From the IMG/VR virus record IMGVR_UViG_3300027690_000141: DNA of 64,000 nucleotides; one strand, written 5' to 3'. The notes under the pieces are model-generated. The model saw nothing but the letters and a program-made list of their open reading frames with translations, was not told the DNA's origin and did not search any database. Positions 1-13,000 of this stretch are shown one piece after another; the stretch's first letter is position 1, and the number at the start of each line of letters is the position of its first letter. This stretch comes from a virus. The position numbers and the translations under genes were made by a program.

Positions 1-394
1 AGGCGTTCCCCAGCTTCACCATCATCTTGGGCCTGGCCTGGCGGACCACCGGATCCTCACTCATGAGCGCGGTCTTGATCACGTCACGGCCGCCCTCCTG
101 ATCTTGATAAACCAGACGCTTCTCCTCCAGGGCGATCCGGCTCATGTCTGCTTCCTTCTGATTACGCATCCGCACCATCTCCACCTGCATGTCCGGAGGC
201 AAGGGTTCCTTGCCGATACCTGCGAGACCATCCGAGACCATCTCGATCCCGTCCTTGATCTTCTTGCCCTTCTCTCCTCCCACAATCTCCGCAACGGCCC
301 CGATTCCTTCCAGGGCAGCCACAGCCAGCTTTCCCCCTGGGACGAAATCGAGCACTCCCTCTCCGATCTTTTTAAGCACATCAAACCATCCCAT
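1..394 (-). CDS. Putative holin (3TM / DUF3154-like), 3' end runs out of window
   Basis: Hand-translated, not in ORF track: MGWFDVLKKIGEGVLDFVPGGKLAVAALEG...ALMSEDPVVRQARPKMM. GGAG RBS; the DPxVRxARP motif resembles 3TM holins; lies next to the other lysis genes. Confidence 0.55.
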   Translation of the reverse strand, partial: MGWFDVLKKIGEGVLDFVPGGKLAVAALEGIGAVAEIVGGEKGKKIKDGIEMVSDGLAGIGKEPLPPDMQVEMVRMRNQKEADMSRIALEEKRLVYQDQEGGRDVIKTALMSEDPVVRQARPKMMVKLGNA

Positions 395-1010
395 CTCTTT
401 CTCCTCCATAGAAATCCACGAATGACGCTTCGAACTCGTCTGTTCCCTCAAAATGCTTCATGAACCGATTAAAAGTGGCGCCGCTGTTCAAGACGGCTCT
501 TTGCCCTGTCAGCCATCCAGGATACTTCCCCATCAGCACGCACATCAGCGTATCTTTCTCCGTATTTCCCGGATGAAACAACACTGCCGTGTGCCCCTCC
601 ACCAGAACCTCAAAGGTATCCTTGAATCTCTGTCCATGAAATCGCCGGCACTTGTACGTGCCATGGGGTATTTGATGCTTCTGTGGGTCTCCCTCGTCAG
701 GCTCCAGCGTGCTGCCAAAATACTCGCCATCCACAATGAGCGCTCCAAGCGCCCCCTGCTCTGTTTGCTCCAACCTGATAACCTTAACTCTGATCATATG
801 TTCCTCCTTCAAGCCGACCGCCACTTCCAGCGCAGACTCGATCCGGCCGCACTGAACCTCAACTTCCTGCAGCCAGTGCCGTATCAGCTTTACGCTCTCA
901 TGGTGTTCGCTCTCCCGGTTGACTATGCTAACGGCCAAACGTATCTGACCAATCAGCCCCCGGATAGAAGCGCTTCCGTTTCTGATTTTATGCTGAGCAT
1001 CTTTTTCCAT
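381..1010 (-). CDS. DUF5675-like protein (putative phage cell-wall enzyme); strong internal start at 797
   Basis: IRLEQTEQGALGALIVDG..TLEPD...IPHGTY...LFHPGNT..DT..CVL matches the DUF5675 pattern; AAGGAGG precedes the ATG at 797; sits between two membrane-protein genes. Confidence 0.65.
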   Translation of the reverse strand: MEKDAQHKIRNGSASIRGLIGQIRLAVSIVNRESEHHESVKLIRHWLQEVEVQCGRIESALEVAVGLKEEHMIRVKVIRLEQTEQGALGALIVDGEYFGSTLEPDEGDPQKHQIPHGTYKCRRFHGQRFKDTFEVLVEGHTAVLFHPGNTEKDTLMCVLMGKYPGWLTGQRAVLNSGATFNRFMKHFEGTDEFEASFVDFYGGERDGMV

Positions 1011-1021
1011 TTCGATGTCCC

Positions 1022-1375
1022 CTACTTTTTTCTGCTGTTCTCCAGATGGGCGACCATCCGCTTCAATTCCTCCAGATCGGAATCAACACCCAGCTTCACC
1101 TTGATAACTGCGATATCCACTCTCAATTCGCTAAAAAGCTTGGCTCCTTCCCGTAAATCTTCCGCTGCCTGCCTGAGCCCACCCGCTAGAGCAGCAACCT
1201 CTGTCTTTAGCTGACAATTCGCGCAATCCTCCTTGGATAAGTATCCCTGCAACGTTTCAGCAAAATTCGCTTTCGCCTTGTAGTAGCCAATCAGCAACCC
1301 CCCGAGCCCGCACACCCCACCGATAACAGCCGTCGCCGCATATATGCCAGTACTGATTGTCCCTGCGTCAGCCAT
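1022..1375 (-). CDS. Membrane protein with N-terminal TM helix and coiled coil (holin/XhlA-like lysis protein)
   Basis: MADAGTISTGIYAATAVIGGVCGLGGLLIGYY hydrophobic segment followed by a helical region; AAGGAG RBS; first gene of the lysis cassette. Confidence 0.5.
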   Translation of the reverse strand: MADAGTISTGIYAATAVIGGVCGLGGLLIGYYKAKANFAETLQGYLSKEDCANCQLKTEVAALAGGLRQAAEDLREGAKLFSELRVDIAVIKVKLGVDSDLEELKRMVAHLENSRKK

Positions 1376-1399
1376 ATTGCCTTCTCCTTGGTATTTGTT

Positions 1400-1413
1400 T
1401 ACTACTAGTAGTA
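1400..1413. promoter_or_regulatory. Perfect palindrome TACTACTAGTAGTA, candidate operator
   Basis: Intergenic, upstream of the lysis cassette; near-identical copy at 47413-47426. Confidence 0.4.
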
Positions 1414-1427
1414 TTTTTTTCTTTTCA

Positions 1428-2447
1428 TTATGACCCGACCAGGCCTTCATACACATCTTTCCACCGCCAGATGTTCTTAGCAATATCGAACTTCGAACCA
1501 ACAAAGTTCTGAGCCGCCAAGCCCATCTCCTTCCTGTATTGAAAATCCAGCGCCGTCCGCACGGCTTTGCACCAATCCCCGTTCTCTACCACGATACACG
1601 GAAAGCCCTCTCCTATCATCTTTCCGTACTCGCCCCAGTCAGACACAATCGACGGCACCCCCAAAGCACTGTACTGCAAAAGCCTCACAGCAGACCTAGC
1701 CTTCCCAAACTCATTCGGATAAAGAGGCGCCAGGCCAAACTTGAATCCCAACGCCGCCATCACCTTCGGCAGCATGTCGATATGCACGAACTGCTCCAGG
1801 AAGACCCGGCTCGGATACCTCAGAAGCAACTCCATTGGGCAGCAGCCAATGAACCCGAGGACAATTTTCTTGTTCTCTTTCAGCACGTCGATCAGCCCCG
1901 GGACCATTATTTCCAAATCCAACACATGGTAATGACCGCCCATCCACCCAATCACGTACATATCGTCCTTCTCGTCATCCTCCACCGTCACCCGCCATTT
2001 CTCGAAATCCAGGCAATTCGGCAGCACGTACACAGGCGTCTTTGTCCGTTTCCTGATTTCCTCTCCTATCGCATCCGTTGAAACCGTTGCCGCATCACAC
2101 ACGTTGATAATCGCTTCTGTCTGCTCGCAAATCTTCTCCCTGCCCGCCGTTTTATATTCGGGACTTTTCGGGAAATGCCACACGTTATCGTCCAGCTCGT
2201 ACACGACCTTCTTGCCTCTTATACGGCAATACTCGACCAGGTGGAGCATGCTGTTCCCTATAAACCGCTGAATCACCACCACATCAGCCCAATCGACCAG
2301 TTCTTTTTGGAATCCACCGAAATCCACGGCCACAAGCGCGTGTCCCTGCTTGTGCAAATGGTGTGCAGGAAGCGTACAGCGCCAGTAGCCCAGGGCTCCT
2401 CTATCCGGGCTGATGAAATAAATTCTCATCAACTTTCGCATCACCAC
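1428..2447 (-). CDS. Glycosyltransferase, GT-B fold (GT4-like)
   Basis: GYWRCTLPA, VVVIQR, VVYELDDNVW, VYVLPN, IGWMGG..H..DLE, GLAPL..NEFGKARS.VRLLQYSALGVPSIVSD. Confidence 0.85.
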   Translation of the reverse strand: MVMRKLMRIYFISPDRGALGYWRCTLPAHHLHKQGHALVAVDFGGFQKELVDWADVVVIQRFIGNSMLHLVEYCRIRGKKVVYELDDNVWHFPKSPEYKTAGREKICEQTEAIINVCDAATVSTDAIGEEIRKRTKTPVYVLPNCLDFEKWRVTVEDDEKDDMYVIGWMGGHYHVLDLEIMVPGLIDVLKENKKIVLGFIGCCPMELLLRYPSRVFLEQFVHIDMLPKVMAALGFKFGLAPLYPNEFGKARSAVRLLQYSALGVPSIVSDWGEYGKMIGEGFPCIVVENGDWCKAVRTALDFQYRKEMGLAAQNFVGSKFDIAKNIWRWKDVYEGLVGS

Positions 2448-3174
2448 CGTCTTTCAACCTCTCAATCATGGCGTCACCGTCCACATTCAAGGACTGCCCC
2501 TGTATCTTTCTCCCTACAGCTAGGTGTCTCTGGACACAGCCAAATTGCATTCCTGTCTCCAGGGCCCGGAGCAAAAACCCCCAATCAGCAGACCGCTTGA
2601 ACCGCGGGTTTTCATCCCACGGAATATTCTCGGATCCGAGATTCCGATGAACGATAGACGCGTGATCAATCCGATTACAGATATTTCTAACCCAATACTC
2701 ATTCCCATCGTCCCACCCATCACAGAGATCGACGACCTGGCCGACAACCGCCATGTCGCTGGACACGAAAAGCAGCTTCATCCAATGGTAGGCCAGGTAG
2801 ACGCCCGGATGCTCATCCAGAAATTCAACCATAACCCGGTTCCGTTGGGGCAAATACAGATCGTCATCGGGCAGATATGAGATATACCGACCCTTGCAGA
2901 CCTTGAGCGCCTTGTTGATAATCATACTCAGTCGGGACGTCTGCAGCCGATCTTCGTAACTCGGCCGCTCCATCAGAACATCGAACTCGTCGAATTTCGC
3001 GGAATAGTCTTTTATCACGGCTTCCGTTCCGTCCGTTGATCCATCATCGCACACGACAACCTGCGTTCTGCCTTGATAATCCTGTTCCACAAGACTCCGA
3101 AAGGCGTCTTTCAAGACTTCCCTCCGGTTCCACGTCGTCACAATGATCGAAATATCCGTACAGAAATCCATCAC
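2401..3174 (-). CDS. Glycosyltransferase family 2 (GT-A)
   Basis: ISIIVTTWNR, VVVCDDGSTDGT, INKALKVCKGRYISYLPDDD (DxD), DWGFLLR. Confidence 0.9.
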   Translation of the reverse strand: MMDFCTDISIIVTTWNRREVLKDAFRSLVEQDYQGRTQVVVCDDGSTDGTEAVIKDYSAKFDEFDVLMERPSYEDRLQTSRLSMIINKALKVCKGRYISYLPDDDLYLPQRNRVMVEFLDEHPGVYLAYHWMKLLFVSSDMAVVGQVVDLCDGWDDGNEYWVRNICNRIDHASIVHRNLGSENIPWDENPRFKRSADWGFLLRALETGMQFGCVQRHLAVGRKIQGQSLNVDGDAMIERLKDGGDAKVDENLFHQPG

Positions 3175-3704
3175 TCTGTTTCTTCTTTTGCGATTGGCGG
3201 CTTCCTTATGAAATGCCGGAGGACCCGCATCTCTTCACCGCTACTCTTCAGCCCCTTCAGCTCCAGCTGAATAGGTGCAATGCTCAACTCAAAACTTATC
3301 GCTTGAAGATCCTCGAACTCCTTCAGCCATCCATCAAAATCTTCCCACACGAAGTTACCAAGGCCATCTGTCACCGGATCATCTTTCTTCCACTTCCGCA
3401 CAACCTTGCCTGATTTGTCTTTCTCTTCGCCATCCGCCTCATATTTCTCCACAAATCTCAGGGCAAGTTCGCGTTTGGTCTTCAGGTAAGTCTTTGACTT
3501 ATCGAGCAGCTCATCAAACGCCGCAGTCAACCAATAAAGCGGCTCGGCATCAAACTCTCGCTTGAGCAGCTGTCCGACAACCGGACGCAGCCCTCCTCTC
3601 TGACCGTCGATGATCTGCTCAAAGATCAAATTCGTTAGCTTGATACGCCCTCCTCGACCCTCGATTGACGTTAACTTCTTCTGCTGTTTCTTCTCTTCTT
3701 TCAT
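3171..3704 (-). CDS. Hypothetical phage protein (helical; typical of genes after tail fibres)
   Basis: Start refined to MKEEKK (GGAAAGG RBS); KLTN..L..YWL..L..Y.K.KRELA pattern. Confidence 0.55.
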   Translation of the reverse strand: MKEEKKQQKKLTSIEGRGGRIKLTNLIFEQIIDGQRGGLRPVVGQLLKREFDAEPLYWLTAAFDELLDKSKTYLKTKRELALRFVEKYEADGEEKDKSGKVVRKWKKDDPVTDGLGNFVWEDFDGWLKEFEDLQAISFELSIAPIQLELKGLKSSGEEMRVLRHFIRKPPIAKEETE

Positions 3705-3738
3705 GACCTTTCCCTTTCGTAACTGACGTTGAGATAAT

Positions 3739-3999
3739 TTACTCCTCCTTCTTTCTCTGATCGGGAGCAATTCGCTGGATCTGGAAGAATGAATGTGGTT
3801 GATAGACGTTCGGCCCAATTTCGACAATGCGAGCACTAATATGCATCCTACAGGAATGTTTCTTCAAAACCTCCAAAATATCGTCGAAGCAAGCCCTGAG
3901 AATCTCCTCATCGGTTCGCGGCTCTGGGCATCGTTTTTTGATCCCACCCATCTTCGATTTTCTCTCGTTAAAATCGATAACTAGACCATCTGACATCAT
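3739..3999 (-). CDS. Hypothetical protein
   Basis: 86-aa ORF with GGAGG RBS directly after the tail fibre gene. Confidence 0.6.
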   Translation of the reverse strand: MMSDGLVIDFNERKSKMGGIKKRCPEPRTDEEILRACFDDILEVLKKHSCRMHISARIVEIGPNVYQPHSFFQIQRIAPDQRKKEE

Positions 4000-4014
4000 C
4001 GCCTCCCAACCATC

Positions 4015-7000
4015 CTACGTAAACTTAAACTCCAATCGAATTGCCACATCCCCGCCCGTGCGATTCTTAACTCTAGCCGCCGTTCCAGCATCGTAACAAC
4101 AGAATTTGCCGTCGGTATCCGTTGTTACAAAGATGGCGGCATCTGTGCTCACCAAAAGCTGCACGGAGGCATCATTAGCGACATGATAAATCGCCATCTC
4201 CGTCGCATACCATACAGTCAAAACCCCATTAGTTCCAGGCAGTTGAATATAATCCTCATCACCGAAAGTATCGTGCTGCCAGACCCAATACCTCAGCGAC
4301 CCCGTTGCTTCCACCGTTTGAGAGGCACTATAATCGTAAAATTGATGCAGATGATCCAGAGTCATCATGTCTAAAGCAAAAAAAGCCATTCTTGCCTCGG
4401 TGGCCCAATTATCATCTGTCCAGTGAATGTAGAGCCTGTTTGTGTTCGCGTTGATTCCAGCGCCATAAACGTAATAGGTATCGGAACCAGCGTTCATCCG
4501 CAGATAGGGAGAGGATAGACGCAGTGTGCCTGTATCTGTACTTCTCAACTGCAAACCGTGATTTGGATATTCGCCGGAATCAGCATAGAGAGTAACATCA
4601 CCGTCTGATTCAATGTGGAGGAGGGAGATGTCCGCCAATAAGCCGCCGTCGTTGATTTTAAATTTGTAGCTGTCGCTACTGTCAACTCCGAGAGTGAACC
4701 TGTCGACTCCATCGGTATCCAGGACGATGACCGAATCACCCGATCCTTTGTCAATTTCAAGGGATTGGCTAAAGGTCACAACTCCGGTGGTGGTAAATGC
4801 GAAAGCGCCTCCGTTGCTATTGATGCCATCTAGTTGCAACGTATTACCATCATGGGTATGACTCGATGCTGCTGCTCCAATGTCGCTCAGAACCTGAGCA
4901 CCAGTACGATATTTTACAAGTCCGCTGTCGCTCACCAGGAATTTATCGTAGTCAGCTGCTCCCGCTGCCAAGGAGCCTATGGTCACTGTTCCAAATGTTA
5001 CAGCGCTGGTTGTGGTCAGTCCCTGGTTTAATGCTCCGAGATAACCCCATTGTGTTGCGGAGATGCTAGTCGTTCCGATATTTTCAAGCTGGCTGATTTC
5101 GCCAGATGTTAGGTTTTTTAGGTTGCTATCGAGCCCAAGATCGGAAAGAACTTGGTCGCCTGTCCTGTATTTGATGACTCCTGTATCACTGACCAAGAAC
5201 TTATCCGTATCGGCGGTTGCAGCAGCAATTTGGCTCAATGTCACGTTACCATTGTAGTCGATCGTCAGCCTATTGGTATTGCTAGTGGCGAGATAAATGT
5301 TACATTGAGTGCTGGACAATGATTCAATTTTAACGTATGCCTTATATCCAGCAACGCTGTTACAAGCAGCTTCGAAGTATGCATAAGACTCAGCATACCC
5401 ATAAATTCCGAGAAATCTATACGAATCCTCACCAACTGTCAGATTCGTTACTTTCGTCGTATTGGGATTGATCTGCGTCAGTGTCCCATCATAATTGTGA
5501 TAAAATTCCGTGCTGTAGCTCGTTCCTGAGAAGACGATACGAGAAGCATTACTTGCGGCCCCGGTTAATATGAGATCACCGCCAGCCTCCAATTTGATGT
5601 CACCACCATTCTTAATCGTGATCGCATTGGCCTGCGATGTGCTTAGAAAAACGCCAGATCCAGCTTCATACTTTATATACTCATTCGATCCATCCCCCGC
5701 GTATATTTTGGGCGAGCCAGCATTGTACTGTAATTGTATGCCGGCATTTCCAAATGCGGCAGACATTATGCTGATGCTTTTATTACTGGCATCCAATATG
5801 ATATGAGTAGAGTTCGAAAGGGTGGACGCATTCATGGTCCAGCCAGATATCGTAGCATCTCCGCTAATGGGAAACGAAATTCGGGCCGCGTTTGCTGCGT
5901 TGAAGATTTGAAGACCGTTCGTGCTGTCCCATTGAATCCTCTCAGTCGTGCTCGAATCTCCGGCCCAAAAACTTGCTCCATACTCTGCTCGCTGATTGGC
6001 AGAAGCATCGTAGAACTTGACAGCACTCGCGCCCAACTCAGCCAGCTTATTGCCTCCTTGATAAAGCTCCACGCCTGACGCGGTAACTTCAATCTTTTCT
6101 GTCGCATCGGCACTTTTGCGCATCAAATACAGATAGCCGGAATCAAGCACGGCATTTCGCAGTTTGCCGTAAGTTGTACCATCCGTGATGTCATCCAGGT
6201 CGCCGTCACAGGTGCTCAGGACAATATGACCGGCACTGATATCCGTTGCCAAAACCTTCCCGTAAGTGCCGTCTGCGATGTCGTCAAGGTCGCCGGAGCA
6301 TGCAGAGAGCAGGATATGACCTGCTGAGATGTCGGTTGCAAGCACTCGCCCGTAGGTGCTGCCGTCCGAGATCTGGTCCAGGTCTTCGGGAATAATATCA
6401 ATCGAAAATTCATCAACCTCGTAGGTTCCAGCGACAGAGCTATAATTTACCCAAAGCAATGGCCTGAAATATCGCACGTCATTGTGCATGGTCCCAGGAT
6501 CGGACGGATCGGAATGCTGTCCACCATTTCCAGAGGCTGCCCGCCCCTTGAAATACCCTGTGTAAACGGTCCAATCACTTGGAGCCTGGCCCGCTGCTGC
6601 AAAGTAATGCTGACTTGATAGGTTATTTTCTCCGTTTATGTTAACCCATGCCGTATCCGTAGAATTTCTTCCGACGACACCTAGATAACACGTGCCAGTG
6701 CCTGCCGTTCTTCGTATTCTGCATCGGATTCGATACAGTTTATTCTCGTCGTAAGGAATGCTCTTGCCATGAACACCGCGCCACATATCATCGCCGGCAT
6801 TATTCCCTATCTGGACGATCTTACCTCCCGCAAGACCACCAGTTGTTATGGTGGTTTCCCCAGATCCGCCCGTATTTGGCCAACGAATATCGAAGTCATT
6901 ATTTGGATCGTCAAAGCGCTCATAGAACACCCCGCCTCCGATGCCGCCCACGCTAATCATGTCAGAGACATACAACTCGCCACTCGGACCAGCCACAATC

Positions 7001-10000
7001 ACAGCATTTCCACTCGAATCATAAATGGCCAAACCTTTAGTCGCATCCCATTGGATTCTTTCCGTGGCATCCGTGTCGCCGGCCCAAAACAGCCCCGCCG
7101 ATGTCAATTCGACATGCTTGATACCATTGCCATACATTTCGATGCCAGTGCTGTCAATCTGGACATACTCCCCTCCAGAGACAAGACCCAATTTCAGCAC
7201 ACCAGCCGTTAGATCGGTGTAGACGTTAGATCCATCTTTTATCTGCACGGCCGTTGATGTAATGTTGACATGTTCAGAAGTCGTCAATCCAATTGTGGTT
7301 GTAGCAGCAAACTTAGCATATATAGAAGCGCCATCTTTGCACTCAACACCAGTTGAAGAAAGTTTTACATGTTCATTCGATTGATTACCTATGTAGGCGA
7401 GACCGGCGCTTGTCAGTTCAAGAAGTTTGACAGCATTGCCATATCCTTCAACTCCGGTTGAATCGATCTGGATGTATTCACCACCTGACTGAACACCAAG
7501 AGTTATAGCTCCACCAGTTATGTCGGTATAAATCGTCGTACCATTTTTCAACTGAACGGAGGTTGCATCGATATAGACATGCGCATCCGCTGTGTTTCCA
7601 ATCGTCGTGGTAGCTGCAAAGGAACCATAAACCGTTGCGCCATCTTTCAACTCAACTCCAGTCGAGGACACCTTAACATGCTCATTAACCTGGTCTCCTA
7701 CATAGGCAATTCCACCACTAGTAACTTCAACAATTTTTACTGCATTTCCGTATATCTCAATCCCGGTTGAATCTACTTGGACATATTCACCACCAGATGC
7801 AAGACCTAACTTGAGCACTCCGGCGGTCAAATCCGTGTAAACGTTCGCTCCGTCTTTAAACTGCACGTGGGCTGAAGTTATTTCTATATGCTCGCTGGCC
7901 GTTGCACCAAGAGTTGTCGTTAGTGCGAATCTTCCATACAACGTGCCCCCGTCATATAGACTGACGCCGGAACTATCGACGGCTACATGCTCAGAACTCG
8001 TATCTCCGACGTAAGCCTCACCTGTGCTTTTCAACTCAAACTTCTTCGAGAAGTTCCCGTATCCTCTCACACCATTCGAATCGATGACCATGTACTGGCC
8101 GCTCGAAGTCAAACCTAACCACAACTGTCCGGAACTCAAATACGTATAAGTATCACTTCCTTGTTTAATCGATACAGCACCCGATGTAATCTCAACGTTC
8201 TGTCCAGAGGTATCTCCCAGAGTCCAAGTCGTGCTGCTGAGCTGCCCCATCACCGTGGTACTATTTCGGAACCTGATCCCATTCGTCGGATCGATGACAA
8301 TGTGCTCAGCTGAGTATTTGCCAAGGCCGAGGCCCATTACGTCAGCACTGTATCCATAAACGCCGTTGAGATTTCCAAGTGCCCATCCCGCCGTATAGTC
8401 ATTCCAATTCGTCGTTGCAGTCCTGATCCATCCAACAACCGTGGGGCCGTAGACGGTTGCCTGATTAATCGCATGCACCGAATATTGCTCGATCCAACCC
8501 TCGCTTGCAGCATAACCGAGCGAGACGACGGCGTCTCCATCATACCAACTATCAGCACCACCTAGATCGACGTTACGAGTAACGGTGTAGTCGTATGGCC
8601 CTGCTCCTGTTGGTCCGCCAGTGATTTGCATGATCTCGAATTTGGCCGTTGCGCCATCTTTGGACATCATCATTACGTAATCGTTTACGGCAAAGTGATT
8701 ATGCTGAACAGTGATCGTCGTGACGGTCGTATTGATGTCGGCTGTCAGATAGGACGTCGGACTTGTAACGATGTGCCCTCCGAGAGTAGCCAGCACGTCT
8801 TCGGCAACCAGGGTTTGAACCCACAGTTCTCTTCCGTGAATCGCGAGCCAGCGGTTCGCGAGGGTGCCCAAATCGATATCCGCAGCTCCCGGATAAACGT
8901 CGCCTCCAGGCGTCAAAACAAGATCGCCCGCTGGTGCAAGCGTGAGATTGCCAGAGCTCGTCGTGATCGACTGCGCACCTGTGAACTGAAGATCTCCGTC
9001 CATGGAAACTGTGCCACTGGCAACTGAAACTACTGCTGCTCCACCAATTTCCAAAGTGAGTGTGCCTGATGCGCGGTTGATGCTTCCGCACGTCACTTCC
9101 CCCGTAGCGTTGACGTTCAGATCACCGCCCGTATTCAATTTGCCAGATGACTCCAAACTTAGAAGCACTGACCATGTAATAGGATCGTTGGCTGTGCCGG
9201 CAGCCGCGTATTTCATTTCCCAAATGGGACTAGAACTAATTGTCATGTCCCAAAAGAACGCATTTTCAGAGCTGGTCAAATACGTTTCGCTTGATCCCTG
9301 AGAAGCATTCCATTTCAATTGTATCCGCCCATTTCCATCCTGAACAGACAACAAGGCGCTTGATGTACCGCCATGTAATTCAATTGCTTCTCCAGAGGTT
9401 CGACGAGAATCAGCCGCTCCGCCGATCATAAAACCTACGGCATCTAGCTCTCCTATATCCTCGACATTTTGGCTATTCCAATTAAATGCGGAATTCGCAT
9501 CTCCCGAAAGATCCGATAAAAGTTCTGTTCCCGTGCGATAATCCACGTTACCGGAACCATCCAAGACCAAAAACTTGTCAACATCGGAGCCCGCCGCAGC
9601 CACCGTCGTCAGAGTCATAGTTCCGCCGAAGTTCGCCGCACCCGCTCCCGTTACCGTCCAATTCGGCGTGTTGATTACATAGGAACTGGGAACCGAAACC
9701 ATGTGAAGGAACGTATCGAACGTGCCGGAGCAATAAACTCCGTACTCGATCTTATGAGTGTCCATTCCTTCAATGATGCGAATCGCGTACTTCCAATCCT
9801 GCGTTTCCCCGCCTAGAGTCCGCAGGGTGAGGAGAGTCGCGTTGCTCGTGTAAGTTGCAGACGTTATGACACCGCCGATGTCTATGACACCATAATTGTA
9901 AACGTCGGTCGAAATGGTCACATCGACATCTATAACGCTGCTGCCCGTCAGGTTCCAATCTCCGGCTCCATTGATTGTGAGACCAGCAAACGTAGGGCTT

Positions 10001-13000
10001 GCACTCGTCCGAATATCCTGAATCGTATCCAGAGTGGTTGTCGCGATCGCCACACTATTTCCGCAAGCAAGCCATGTCACATAGCCAGCACTATCATCCC
10101 AAAACATTATCCGATCCGCTCCCGGGTCAGAGAGAGATTCCAATCCGAGATGGGAAAGTGAAACCGAATCAGCACCGACTGCAATGCCGTTGCCTGCTCC
10201 AACATTCAGGGTCCGTGATGCAGCAATCGTCCCACCGCCCGTTAGACCATTTCCTGCGGTGATCGAGACACTGGTATGATTGATATGCTCGTTGGCGACA
10301 AAGTTTGTGCATTTATCATGATCAACGCTAAGGATTGGAGTAGCATCGATGGAAAGTTCATCTGCAAGCTGAAGCCAGGCAACAACACCGGCACTATCGT
10401 CCCAGATCAAGATTCTATCTGCTCCAGGATCGGAGAGGCTCTCCAATCCAAGATGAGAAAGCGAGATCGTTCTATTGGCCGCAATCGTTCCTCCTCCGGA
10501 AAGTCCCGTGCCGGCGCTGATCGAAACCGTGCTATGTGGGATATGCTCATCCGCGACGAAGCCTGAAAAGCTATCGTGATCCAGCGAATACACACTAGAG
10601 GGAGCCGAGATTGTAATATCTGTTACCGAAATTGACGACCCAAACGTGGCAGTCTGATCCGTTTTGAGCGTGAGGGCAAGCGCTACGGCAGATCCGGTGT
10701 TCGTATAGAACCGAAGTTCGCCTTTATCCGTGCCAAGATCAGCATCGGCATTAGCTGCAGCAATCTTCGCCAAAGTCTTTTCCGTGTTTGCATTGTTCTG
10801 CAAATGAATATTGGCCATGTCGTTCGTGGCTGTCGTGCGGGCGCCACGAATGTAAAGATTGGCGTCTTGGCTTGAGCCGGCTGTTGTTTGGATGTAAAGA
10901 TTCGGGGTTGAAGCCGTTTCGAGATAAAGATCGTCCCCCGTTACCTTGAAATCCTGATCTAATGAAGCGATGGTTCCATTCCACTGAAACGTCGCTGCGC
11001 CACCTGTGAATCGATCCAAAATGAGCTGTACGTTCACGTCGCTCTCATCGCTATTGATCGTGAACGTATCAGACTTCGTGCTGCCAACTTCAGATCCGGA
11101 AATGATCACGCCATCCTGCTCTAGCTGCGTCCCTGTCCAGCGCAGATAACCACCAGCAGGATTGCCGACGCGCCACTTGTAGGCGTCGCCATCGTTTCCT
11201 TCCCATACGCCGATTCCGGACATATACGCTGTGGCAGCACCAAGCATGATCGCCGGCGTCTGAGCGTTCAGAGTAATGCTACCCGCGCTGAGCGTATTCG
11301 TGCCAATCGTCCAATTTGCGATTTTTCCCGATACGAATTTTGCAGTTCCATCCTTCAGTACATACGCAACGGCGTTCTCCGGATCGCTGATGAAACTCGC
11401 CTCATTGCAACCCCACCACGTATCGCCATCCGTATCGACGTGGAAGCTGCTCGCGGTCGTCTTATCGGGAATGTGAACTTCGCCCGCCGTAAGCTCGCCG
11501 CGAATGACTACATCGTTGAACTCGGCGTATCCCTCCCCAGTTCCTCGGAAGCCGATGTACCAGCCCGCCGAACCCTGAGAATAGTTCTCCGATTGCAGCG
11601 CATCCGCACACTTAGCCGACGTAATATTGTAATCTTTGACGTCATCCGTCTCAGCCCTCTTCGGCTGCGCATTCACCGAGCTTGTCTGTGTGCTGCTGTT
11701 GTCGCTCGTATCATACGCCTTCAGCCAATAGTAGTAGGTCTGATCGTAGGATACGTCTCGATCGACAAACGCCATCGTCTCGCTAGGCGCACCTGTGACG
11801 ACGAATTGCGCCGATCCTCCAGGGAAGCTGTCAGATGTGTTTCGCCATATGCCTACCGCGTAGAAATCGAGATCAACCGGGTTCGTCCACTTGAGCTTGA
11901 TACCGGCAATAACCGCTGTCGCCGATACGCCGCTCGGCACTCCAGGATTACTGGATTTCCCTATCACGGTATGCGCCTGGGTCGAGCAAAACTCAGTCAG
12001 CTCACCTGATCGAAGCACATATCGTACGCGAATATCATACTCGATGCCTTGCTCTACATCGTAAAGCGACAGCTCACTTTGATATCCGCTGAAATATCCT
12101 ACCCGCCAATTCTCACTGGTGGCATGAACCCGGTAATGAACCTCAGTCCATCTGATTTCGGCTCTGTAGCCGCTTGCACTTCTCAGGCTGATCACAATTC
12201 GCGGCTGAAGCGAACCATCGGCGCCCCGATATAAAACGGATTCATCGGACCGAATTTGATAAATCGCAGGTACACCGGTCTTTCCTGAATCAGTATAGGG
12301 GCTCGTGATTTGGCTCTCGTGCTCACCGATCGGCAACGTCGTGGCGGAATAGACGTTAGGCGAGTAATCAACGCAGGTGATCTTGGCCGTCAAATTCGGT
12401 CCCGGCTCGATGGAATGGATCAACAATTGAACGGATTCAGAACTAGATTCACCGAAAAGCCCCAAGTCTCCAACATCGGGAGCACTCGAAATGGGAATCG
12501 GCGTAGTGAACGTCAGCGTATACTGCTCGCCCACATCGAGATTCACCGCGTGCACGGAGGACGTTCCATCGCTATGACGAAAACGGATCGCGTATGATTT
12601 CCCCTCCACCATCGTCATCACACTATCCATCGTGACAGCAGTTACGTTCCCTCCCGATTCGGCTCGCAATTTGATCCGGCCCACTGCAACACCCCACAGC
12701 GGAACATCATGCGTCACTCGAATCAAATCGCCTCGAGTCGCTACCAGGTTTTCCACGTCCGCATAAAAAGAATATCTCTCGGGGCGCAACTTCGCCACGG
12801 CTAGGTGATAGCGGGCTAAATTGTAAGCCTGATCAGGGTCCGTCACTCCAGGAAATTCGAGCCGCTCATAAAGCGTCGCATTTTCCTCATTGTATCCGTC
12901 ATCATAAACAATGCGCTCGTCAACCTTCCAAAACTGCCATCGATTCGCAAAGATCACTCGAAGCGCATGCGGCAGCTTGACGAACTCCTTTTTCCCCTGG

